64,000 nt of DNA from the NCBI GenBank assembly GCA_050230475.1, contig JBFLGF010000166.1, positions 1 to 64,000 of the forward strand, read 5' to 3'. Below are positions 45,901 to 56,333 of this stretch, in pieces. Under the pieces are notes generated by a model that saw only the letters and a list, made by a program, of their open reading frames with translations, was not told the origin of the DNA and made no database searches. The translations under genes and the position numbers were made by a program. The DNA comes from Ancylonema sp. (Eukaryota). The first letter of the stretch is position 1; every line of letters begins with the position of its first letter.

Positions 45901-47576
45901 TCTAGAGGAAAGGGTCCAGCAATGGAGAGCCGGATGCCCTCTCCCGCAGACCTGACTATTTGCCGCCAGCCACATCCCCCCACCCAATCCTTCCCCCACC
46001 AGCTCTCCTACCAGTTCCCCCCGTGCGAGCTGCAGCTATCCTTCTCGCACCTAACGACCCCATCCTACCAGATATTCGCGCTGCCCAGCTAGCAAACCCT
46101 ACCCTACACGCTATCGCTATTTCCCTACAACCCGGACCCGCTCGGGAATCCAACCCGAGTCGCATTGCAGGTGAGTCCCAAACCCCCTACACCCTACGAG
46201 ACGGCCTTCTCTACCATCGCAGCCGCCTCGCTATTCCCCCTACCGCTGCAGCTCTTATCCTCTCTATCCTGACACAATACCACGACGCACCTATGGCAGG
46301 CCACTTCGGCACTGCCCGCACGCACCGCGCTGGTGGCGCAGTACTTCCACTGGCCCGGTATATCGAAGGCAGTGGAGGAGGACGTGCGTACGTGCGACGT
46401 CTGCGCCCGGAACTAGCCGGTGCGCCATGCGCCCTACGGACTGCTGTCTCCCCAACCATCCCTACCCAGCCTTGGTTCACTGTCTCCCTCGACTAGATCA
46501 CAGACCTCCCCCCTAGCGACTATCACGATGCAATTCTTGGTGGTCGTCGACCGGCTAACGAAGCAGGCCCACTTCATCCCTACCACCAAGGCCATGGCGG
46601 CTCCTGAGGTCGCATCGATTTTCGTCCAGCAGGTGGTGCGCCTGCATGGGTTGCCCAGCAGCCTCATCAGCAACCGGGATCCCATCTTCACCAGCCACTT
46701 TTGGCGCCGGCTGTTGAAGTTGCTCGGCGTCCGGGCCAACCGCTCCAGTGCTTTTCACCCGCAGGACGGACGGGCAGACGGAGCGCCTCGGACGGGCAGA
46801 CGGAGCGCCTGAATTCGGTTCTCGAGCAATATCTGCGAATCTACACCTGGTCCAAACTTCTGCCGCTGGCGGAGTTCGCTTACAACAACTCCCAAGCACT
46901 CCGCCACCACCCTCTCCCCGTTCTTTGCCAACTACGGCTTCCACCCGCAGATGTCTGCTGCTCCCGCCCTCCCCCAATTCCCCCAGCCCCGCAGCCGAAG
47001 ATTATGTCAAAACGATCCACGACACCCAGGATTTCCTCCAGTCAGCGCTTCGCAGATCCCAGCGGGCGATGGAAACTTCGGCCAATCGCAGGCGCAAAAC
47101 GGCTCCGATATTTTCGCCTCGTGAGAAAGTATGGCTGTCCCGGCGCCACGTCGGAGTCACTCGTCGTCGAAACTGGATGTCCATCGCCTGGGTCCTTTTC
47201 CGGTCATTAGCCAGATCGGCACCTCGTCGTATCGCTTGGAGCTGCCGTCCTCCTTGAAAATCCATCCGGTCTTCCACGTCAGCCTCCTCGAGCCGTACCA
47301 TACCACCACGTTCCGAGGTCGTGTCGTGGCGCCTCCACCTCCGGGCGTTGTGGACGGCGCGCCGCAACATGAGGTGGCCACAGTTTTGGATTCCAAGATC
47401 GTGCGAGGCCAGCTCTTTTACCTCGTCGACTAGGTCGGGTACGATGAATCGGAGCGTTCTTGGGAACCTGCCGACAACATGGAAACTGCTGACGCGGTCG
47501 CAGATTTCCATGCCACGTTTCCCGCTCGGCCTTCACCGCCTCCCTCATCGCGTTCCGCGCCTTGAGGGGGGGGTAC

Positions 47577-48027
47577 TGTTAGGCCCCTCGCTACAGTCAC
47601 TAGGGCTCCTTTGCGAGGTTCCCACACTTAGCGCTAGAGCGCTACTAGCTCAATTTTCCCTATAGCGAGTTCTGTCCTTATAGAGTGGGAGTTGTGTCCC
47701 TAGCGGCCGCCTGGCCCCTAGGGAGTATTCTGATGTGTCCTTAGCTAAGGCAGTTGTGCCGTTAGCCAGACTTGATGTGTCCTTATCATATTCAGAGTGA
47801 GTTATCCCACTTGTAGTCGTGATTCAGACTTCCAGTTTCCTATATATAGTCCATAGGAATGCCTTTAGAGCATTCCTATCAACTCATGTACTTGCACTCC
47901 GATTTATATCACAACCATTCCACTCGGCTCACGCCATCTGTCCCTCTCCGGCATTGTGCCATTCTTTTCTCTTATGTGCATATTGCGAGTAGCTTGCTAG
48001 GGGCGTCTTTTTCATCCGTCCCTAACA
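47577..48027 (+). repeat. 3' LTR of element B
   Basis: TGTTAGG...CCTAACA after the PPT. Confidence 0.95.
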
Positions 48028-49542
48028 CCTTGAGTGCGTGGAAGGTTGTCTCCGCTTCAGGCGTCCACTCAAACTTGGCCCCCTTGCGGGTCAGGGAGGT
48101 AAGGGGGCGGGCCACTGTCGAGTAGCTACCGATGAACTTGCGATAGAAGTTAGCAAAGCCCAAAAAGGACTGCACTTCCTTGACTGATTGGGGAAGTGGC
48201 TAGTCAAGGAGAGATGCGACCTTTGCGGGGTCCAATTGCATGCCTGCAAGAGAGATCCGGCACCCTAGGAAGCTGATCGTGTCCACATGGAACTCGCATT
48301 TCTCCATCTTTGCATACAGCTTGTGCTTCCGTAGGACTGCCAGGACTGCTTGGACGTGGGAGACGTGCTCCTCAAGGGTTTCCGAGTAGATGATCATGTC
48401 GTCGAGCATGCCTGCTAGGAGACGTCTAGATACTCCCTAAATACGTCCGTGATAAAGGATTGAAGGGCTGCTGGGGCATTGGTCGGCCCGAACGGGCAGA
48501 CCTAATACTCGAAATGCCCGTAACGACAGCGGAACGCGGTCTTGTATTCATCCCCCTCCTTGACCCGCAGCTGGTGATAGGCATTTCGCAGGTCGATTTT
48601 AGTAGTGAAGACCTTCGCACGATGCAGGCGATCCAGCAACTCAGGTATGAGGGGTAGAGGGCAGCGGTTCTTGACTGTCACCGCATTGAGCTGCCGGTAG
48701 TCCACACATAACCGGAGCTTGATCTGGCTTCTTAATGAACATAACGAGCCCCGCCCGGACTGGTGGACGGCCGGATGAAGCCGCGCCAGGTTGTCCTTGA
48801 TATACGTTTTAAGCGTAGCCAACTCAGGCTCAGACAAAGAGTAGATCGGCCCCCAAGGGGGTTCCTTGTCGGGCAGGAGGGAGATCGCCAAGTTGTATGA
48901 CTTGTGGGGGGGAAGGGTGTTTGCAGCTTGCTCAGAGAACACGTCTGCGAAGTCGTGGTACTCCAGAGGTAGCGCGGCTAACAAGGCGGGGTCTCGAGGG
49001 GTATGCACAGCGTCCAAAATTGCAAGTTTGGGCTGGGGATCGGGAGGGGGAAGGGGTGGGGGGATAGAACTGGAGAGGAGGCACTGAGCAGCACACTGGG
49101 GGCTGGTGAGGGACAAGGTGCCTGTCTGCCAGTTGATGGTGGGGTTGTGTTTGTGCAGCCAGGGGAAGCCGAGGACGACTGGGCAGTGCGCCAGTCGGGT
49201 GACATCCAAGGTAATGGATTCTGTGTGGTTGCCTAGGGATTTGAGTTGGGCTCGGAAATAGCAGGTGATGGGGCCAGTAGCTGGAGGGTTGCCATCAATG
49301 AGTTCGACCGGGATAGGCTGGGACTGCGGGTGGGTAGGGAGGTTGTAGTCTGCCAGGATCTGGGGATCGATGAAGTTGCCCGATGCCCCGGAGTCGATCA
49401 GCACCCTGACAGGTATGGGTGGGAGGGGGTACCGTAGTAACTGGCAGGCTAGCAGGAGCTGGCGGGGGTGGGGAAAGGGGGAGGGTAGGAAAAGTGGACC
49501 CGCACAGACCCCTCCTAGGACTGTGTGGGGTGGTCGTTTTTT
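48028..49542 (-). pseudogene. Element A pol 5' part: protease and reverse transcriptase
   Basis: [51 protein letters not shown] and [14 protein letters not shown]; premature stops. Confidence 0.92.
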
Positions 49543-50531
49543 GGCTGCAGATCCAAGAAGCGCACGATGCGGGCCTTGCCCTTGTTGGGACAAGTCCTGG
49601 TGTCATGACCTGGCAGGCCGCAGTAGTGGCACAAGTGACCAGCCACGCGGCGAGCCATCTCAGTTGGTTCCACCTTTAGGACCTGGCGGCGGGTTCCAAG
49701 GACCTTGATGGGGGCGATCTGCAGGTGAGAGGGGACCTGCTGGGGAAATTGATTAGCAGCTCTGGCCTGGGGGGGGATGTACGCAGGTTTGGAGGGTCGG
49801 TCCAGACTGATGGCAGCCATGCTGTTCTCCACCTTCTTGACAAAGGTAACGTAGTCAGAGAAGGTCTGAAGAGGGTCCTGCACCTTGAGTATCTCTCGAC
49901 AGAGCTCAGGTTTGAGCTTCTCAAAGAATGTGTAGATGCTGGGGTGGTCAGGCCAGGGGGGGAAGGTCTTAACAATTGCCCTGAACTGGACGGTAAAATC
50001 TGACACTAAACCCGTTTGTCTGAGCTCGCGCAGGTGCCGTTCTTTGGTGAGGCGAGTGTCGCCCTCCCCGGAGCAGTTCTGGAGATCTTTCAGTAGCCGA
50101 ACTGCCCCAAACCCGTCTGGGAGGTCTCCATTTTCGTCGAGGTAGTTAGAGAACTTCTCATAGGCAGGTCCAGTAAGTAGATTGGCCACGTAGTGGACGG
50201 TTTGAACCGGGTTGCTGAACCGTTTAGGGGTCAGCCTGAGCATAGAGCGGACCTGGTTGCAGAATGTAGTGACATGTTTGGATGTACCATCAAACTTAGG
50301 AGGGTCAGATGGAACCAGGTCTTGGAGAGTAGAGATAGGCTGGGATTCTGGAGCGGCTGGATCGATTGTAGAAGCCATGTAATTAGTTTCATCAGCAAAC
50401 TGTTCCGAAAGCTTTGTAAATTTGCCTTTAATCTCTCTGTTTTCATCCGCCAAAACTCTGAAATTTTCATCTTGAGAGTGTTGCATCCGGCGTAAGACTT
50501 CCATGACTTCTTGTAAATTGGGAGAAGACAT
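49515..50531 (-). CDS. Retrotransposon Gag (338 aa, open) of element A
   Basis: [16 protein letters not shown] and CCHC knuckle [14 protein letters not shown]. Confidence 0.9.
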   Translation of the reverse strand: MSSPNLQEVMEVLRRMQHSQDENFRVLADENREIKGKFTKLSEQFADETNYMASTIDPAAPESQPISTLQDLVPSDPPKFDGTSKHVTTFCNQVRSMLRLTPKRFSNPVQTVHYVANLLTGPAYEKFSNYLDENGDLPDGFGAVRLLKDLQNCSGEGDTRLTKERHLRELRQTGLVSDFTVQFRAIVKTFPPWPDHPSIYTFFEKLKPELCREILKVQDPLQTFSDYVTFVKKVENSMAAISLDRPSKPAYIPPQARAANQFPQQVPSHLQIAPIKVLGTRRQVLKVEPTEMARRVAGHLCHYCGLPGHDTRTCPNKGKARIVRFLDLQPKNDHPTQS

Positions 50532-50624
50532 GGTGGAATGGGTAAGATGAAAAAGAAGGCGGCTGAATGAAGTTCAGTTTCAGAATATTCTAAAAAAAAA
50601 CTTCAAAAAAAGTTCCTATCAAAG

Positions 50625-51076
50625 TGTTAGGGACGGATGCAAAAGACGTCCCTAGCAAGCTAGTCGCAGTATGCACATAAGCAAAAGGATGGCGAAATGC
50701 CGGATAGGGAAAGATGGCGTCAGCCGAGTGAAATGGTGGTGGTATAAATCGGAGTGCAAGTACATGAGTTGATAGGAAGCTCTACAGGCATTCTTATGGA
50801 TTATATATAGTAAACTGGCTCAAGTCTGAATCAAGACTACAAGTGGGATAACTCACTCTGAATACGGTATGGACACATCAAGTCTGGCTAACGGCACAAC
50901 TGTCTGAGCTAAGGACACCTCAGAATACTCCCTAGGGGCCAAGCGGCCGCTAGGGACACAACTCCCACTATATAGGGACAGAACTCGTTATAGGGAAAAC
51001 TGAGCTAGTAGCGTTCTAGCGCTAAGTGTGGAGACCTTGCTAGGGAGCCCTAATGACTGTAGCGAGGGTCCTAACA
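50625..51076 (-). repeat. 5' LTR of element A
   Basis: TG...CA, upstream of gag on the minus strand. Confidence 0.95.
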
Positions 51077-52037
51077 ACGCCGGAGCATCCAAGCATTGGT
51101 ACGGGGTACCACCTAGCTCCACCACCGCATTCGAGGAGGTTACAAAGGAGACTGTCCTCGGGGGATTGAGTTGGGCAGAAACAATCAGCTGGCTTATGAT
51201 CATAAATATCATGTTTTCCCCGGTTACATTAGTAGATGCTGGCGTGCGAGTGTACATAGCAATACAACGTCCCGGGGAATACATCATCACATTCCCGAGG
51301 TCGTATCATTCCGGGTTCAGCACAGGCTACAATCTAGGTGAAGCAGTCAACTTCGCTACTCTAGACTGGTTTCCGATGGGAGCATCATCATCTCGCCGGT
51401 ACGCCACCCTACTTCATCCTGGCGCAATACTAGTAGAGGCCTACCTCTACATAGAAGCAATGGACGTATCCTTAGGAGACAGCCGTATGGGGACCGAACT
51501 AACTAGGGCGGCTTGCATATTGCTATTCAAAGAGATCGAAACCAAGGTAAACCTACTACAACAACACCTGGGGGGAGTGGTCAACACAAAGAACGTCAAG
51601 TCACCAGCACAAAATGCCGAAGAACCCGGGTGCCCCCTCTGTGAAACGGCGTGCTGGATGGCATACGTGAATACCCACTAAACATCAGAGACATGATAGC
51701 GGAGAACCCGATAGAGATGTGTTGGCGACATAAAGACCCATGCCAATGCAATACCATGACGGTTAACTACACCTATCGCTACAGAGCGATCAAAGCACTT
51801 CTCAAGAAAGTTAGAGCTTATTCCGATGTAGATGTGCAAGCAGAGGTGAACAAAGCCCTCCCTATGGAACACGCATTAACTACGGATAGTACATTGATGG
51901 CACCCGAGGAAACTGGACCACCAACAAAAAGAGCTAGAAAGGGGACCAATAGACACCATTCTCCCAGCCTAAGTCCTCAACGACCCCCAGAACGGCGGTT
52001 AAGAGGAAAACTTAACAAAGAAATAGAACATAGATGA
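51077..52037 (+). pseudogene. JmjC demethylase, right copy, 3' half with C5HC2 zinc finger
   Basis: AGASKHWYGVP..AFEEV, IQRPGEYIITFPRSYHSGFSTGYNLGEAVNFA, CPLCETAC..CWRHKDPCQC; frameshift at ~51670. Confidence 0.88.
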
Positions 52038-53789
52038 AGTTACGTAATAAAGAGGTCATCCCATTTACTCAAATATAGAAGATTATCACTTTCGTCGTGC
52101 AATACATAAGTATCTTCAAACAGACTCGCTAAAAAAGTGGCAAAAATCGGCAAAATGGAGAGGGAACTTGTGCCACTCCGACAATACCCGACCAATCTCC
52201 AGCACCCGCATCTGTTTTATCCACCTTGGTACGTTCGTTCATAACGAGTTTCGCACGATATGCGTCCACAGTAGTCACCTGAAATGCGAGCAATCTGTCT
52301 CAAAGCCCCTCGTTTTTCACACCACACAAATGCCCTCCCCAACCTCCTCCCAACTGCCTCCCAACCCCCGCCTGTCACCCATCACCCTCTTCACTGCGGC
52401 GTTTCCCAAACGCCCCAGCCCTGAGGAGGGGGGGGGAGGTCAGGGTGGAGAAGGGGGAGGAGGAGTTGGGGAAGGGGTTGGGGGGGTTGGGGTGCTCAAA
52501 TGCTGCCATGAGGAGACTGAGGGTGCGTTTTGCAAAGAGGGATATGGAAAAACACAGTACTTTTTTCTTTATTATGCCGTAGCAGAGGGATTGTTTAAAC
52601 ATAGGTGTAACGTGGTCAAGCCCAAGTGGGCTGACAGGGCGAATGAGCTGACCAAAGACATAATAAAAATGAAAAGCGAACAAACAAACAAACAAACAAA
52701 GAAGTCGACAATTTTAAAATAGTAGAGTCATTGAACTTATCTTGCTCTTTTTCGATATATTTTCCTTCAGGTCCCCTTGTACGTGCCCCACTCCCCGACT
52801 CCTCTAACCCTGATAGGGTAGAGAGAAGCTTCTATGCTTCATCAACAACAACTGCATTTAAATCCTTCACGGAAATAACGAGGGCGACGGCGGTGACGTG
52901 TTCACGAAGGAAGGATACGATACGATAGGACATGAATCGATGGGGTACGAAACGATAGGATACGAATCGATACGATATGGTACGATCAATATGTTACAAA
53001 ATAGGAATTGTACATTCTTTAATCAAACGTTTTTTGTGGGTTTCAAGGATTGTGAGTTAAAAAGTCTAGGATCTAGTTATCGATGATACGTTGATGTGGG
53101 CCAAGATGTTAGGAAAATGACTAGAAAGGTCAACAAATAGGTAACCTTGATCACACGAATATATTAAATTTTGGCACAATGCAAAGATATGATTGGTGAT
53201 AACTTGATATTTTCGACGAGAAGAGTTATTAGACAAGACAACATGGATCGGAATCCATTGTACTCAAACTAGGCTTGCCACAAAGCAAGCTCAAGCTTGC
53301 ACATTTCTTGTGTGTGTTTGTAATACTATGAATGTTCACTTCAAAAGTAAAAAATCGGTAACTTCTTGCATGCATGACAAACTAGAATTCGCAATAAACA
53401 CCTCTAACGGAATTGATACAAGCCAACCAATTCTCATCCAATGTCCATTAGCACAAATTTATCCGTCGTGTTTCATTCACCATTGGAACCTATTCGATTG
53501 AAGATTCACATGGGAGACAAGTGCCCAAATGAAACAATTATAGACACTTTGGAGGCATTATACAATGTACGATGGATGCATGTACTGTGTATACCGGAAA
53601 AACGAATAGTATCCAAAAAAATGACCTCTCTAAACGAAAACAACAGTCCAATCCCAGACTCGGCATCCACAAATGTTGTACCACTGTAACAGAAAAAAAG
53701 GGCCAAAAAAATAACCTTTCCATGTCCCAACAATATCCCTTTTGAGAAGTTTAATCACTGTATTTCCCTTCCCCCTTCCGGGTCACCCA

Positions 53790-53892
53790 CGGTTGGGCTA
53801 ATTTCCCTCCCCCCTGTTGCATATTTGAGGATCGGTAGCTACCGCGGTGAATAGGTAGGGGATGTGGCATTAGGGCGGTGACCCCAACCATA
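53790..53892 (-). mobile_element. Degenerate terminal fragment of the hAT family at 1-1687
   Basis: GGTTGGGCTAATTTCCCT..TGCATATTTGAG.ATCGGTAGCTA matches ~1574-1687. A related subterminal piece lies at ~54875-54940. Confidence 0.7.
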
Positions 53893-55042
53893 GGCACTTG
53901 TCTCTTGTGTGAGCGACACCATAATTAGCTCTCGTAGTAATTGTGGTGGTGAGATGAGTGAGGGAAGGGTGATACAAGCTCGGAGCAAATATGAAAAAAC
54001 TTGACACTATGGTAGTCTTAGATGCAATCAAACCTACCGAAAGGAATATTGTTGGGAACGGGAAAAAATGATTCTTTAGACAAGTTATTCAGTTACATTG
54101 GTCCAACTTTTTTCGACTCCGGGTTTGACTCCGGGACCGGAATGTTGTATTTGTTTAGAGAGGTTTATCCTTCGAAAAGTATTCCTTTACGCACTTGTAC
54201 GGTTGGTGACACCGAATCTCGGCCCGTAGGGAATTTATACCATAGTTGGCCCAGCCCCACGCGGGATATTTTCCGGCCGGGGCGGGGAGCGGTGGGGAAT
54301 TTGCGGGGCGGGGACATAGGCCTTTTTTATGTTTTTTTTTTTTTTGCCGCAATGCGGAGATATGGCTGGTTTTGTTCAAAACCGACTTTTTGCACAATGT
54401 GCACCATATGCCACAAGTTCAACATCGATAAATGCCACCCATGAGTCCGACTCCGTGGCGTGGCGTGGTATAATGCGGTAAAAATAAAAAATAAAAAATA
54501 TAAAACTTGAGACATACAAAATAATATTACACGGGTAAGGATGGCCGGCGTACTTAGTAGTATAAAATCTTGAATACTTGTCGGATTTTCAATTTTAAAA
54601 GATGTACATGATCTACGTGATCTTAGGGTTCTTTTACAAAAAAAATCTAAAAACCCTCTTTGGCTCCGCCTCGGGCGGGATATTTTTCGCCCGGGGCGGA
54701 AATCGGGGCGGAATTTGCGGGGCGGGGCCAACTATGGTTTCTACCCGGTATTCTCCCCCAACAGTTTTCCTACCAATTTTGGATTTAGACTGACTGGCAT
54801 GGGAAGCAATAGGAAATGGGAGGGTTTTTTTTTTTTCAACGTTCAGTCAAAGATACAATTTGCGACCCGAAAGCAAATTACCGGAAATATTCGGTTCCAT
54901 ACCGTTCCCTACCAATCCCTACCGTTCTCTACCGATTATGTCCCATCGTCCTACCTTCTAGTCACCTCACCACCAGAATTCCTAGGAGAGCTACGTACGG
55001 TGTTGTAAACACATCTTGTTGCGTTAGAGCATCCGCTACGGC

Positions 55043-55217
55043 CTAGCAAATTTTCTTTTCCATCTACCGTAGTGCGCGCTCTTCATTATTGAAATTCAAG
55101 ATACATCATTAAAATCTTTTTTTTTTTTTTTTTTAAAGTAGAAAACCACACCCGTTTTCGGAATCATCAACGGGGCACCTACATTTGAATGTATATGTGA
55201 TTAAACGGGGCTACACG
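55043..55217 (+). repeat. Dispersed direct repeat, copy 2
   Basis: Matches 35843-36021. Confidence 0.85.
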
Positions 55218-56333
55218 GCAAAGTAGGCACGGGCAAACAACACATTTTTGGTCGAGCGACTTCTACGATGTAACAAACTACTTTTCCGGGCCCTAAACTC
55301 CCAAAGAATTTGAAATTACGATCGGACGCGCTACAAGACAAAATAAGACCTTGCATAACGATAGAGACGTGGCCAGGCACGACATCGCGACTCGTACGAG
55401 TGACCACGAGGTTAGTCGGTTGGTTAGGCCGAATAACTCGCGACTCGTATATTACCCAACCATCGGCCCCAATGTTGGTTGGCTTTCTATGTTGGTTTTC
55501 TATGTTGTTGGTTTTCTATGTAGAAACCAACAAAATAGCGGAGGATGATAGATAAAGGGATTTTGTATTACTTATTCAGGGTTGTTTTTTATTGAGGATT
55601 TTTATGATGATTTTTTTTTTTTTTTTTTTTTCAATATTTATTTTTTGTTACTACCGGTATTAGGGCGCAAAAATCCAACCCTACGCACACTAGTGGAGGA
55701 CCCCCACCCCTAAGCCGCCTACCCCCTACTCGGTGGGTAGCCTGCAACCTTGAGAAAACTCGGAAAACGGGATGTATATAGGCGGGTCAGACGCATTTAG
55801 GAAATTCGCATCGAAACGGTAGGGGGCAGGGGGTAGGCAACTCGTTTTCAGTATTCGTGGCAAGTAGGGATAGGTAAGGAAATGGGTAGGAATGCAACCT
55901 AACGAACAAAAAATGGGCGAATTTAAAAAATGAGGGCGGAAGATTGAAATATGAATGTGGACTGATGAAGTATACACCCTGACGAGGATTCCCTTTGTGA
56001 GTGTTTCCCTTAGTATTTCAATGGCGTCTTCATATTCTAAATATCTAATGATCTAGTCGAAACACAACATAAATAAGTGAATACATGTCAGCATAGTAGT
56101 AGATTATTAAGGTTACGAAAGAAACACAAATTGAATAAATATTTATTTTTCAATGTCGATGCCAATAATATTGTGGAGAGCACCTTGTATTTCACAAATA
56201 CACTACAACAAGAGTCTCTAGTTTTTATCAACTTCTAAATTTCTAATTGAATGATCTCCAAACATTTTAGAGAGCGTGTTAAGAAAGATACTTACGCAGT
56301 TAGTGAAATCACAAAATGCGTGTATAGAAGCGG

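Larger units (their letters stand above)
42480..48027 (+). mobile_element. Ty3/Gypsy chromovirus, inner element B (same family, opposite orientation)
   Basis: LTRs 42480-42933 and 47577-48027; TSD CTTTG/CCTTG; PPT GAGGGGGGGG at ~47564-47573; degenerate gag-pol 43029-47565 with RT ([26 protein letters not shown]), RNase H, integrase and chromodomain. Confidence 0.95.
39983..51076 (-). mobile_element. Ty3/Gypsy chromovirus, outer element A
   Basis: LTRs 50625-51076 (5') and 39983-40435 (3'); TSD ACGCA/ACGCC; PPT at ~40439-40448; gag, PR ([10 protein letters not shown]), RT, RNase H, integrase and chromodomain with stops and frameshifts. Confidence 0.95.

Noticed and set aside
39146..52037. Functional host JmjC gene with an 11-kb intron
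   Set aside because: The interruption is an LTR element with a TSD inside an exon, and there are additional stops and frameshifts.
52731..52928. MBD-like motif (FYASSTTTAFKSFTEI) downstream of the JmjC copy
   Set aside because: The resemblance is too weak to support without a profile search.
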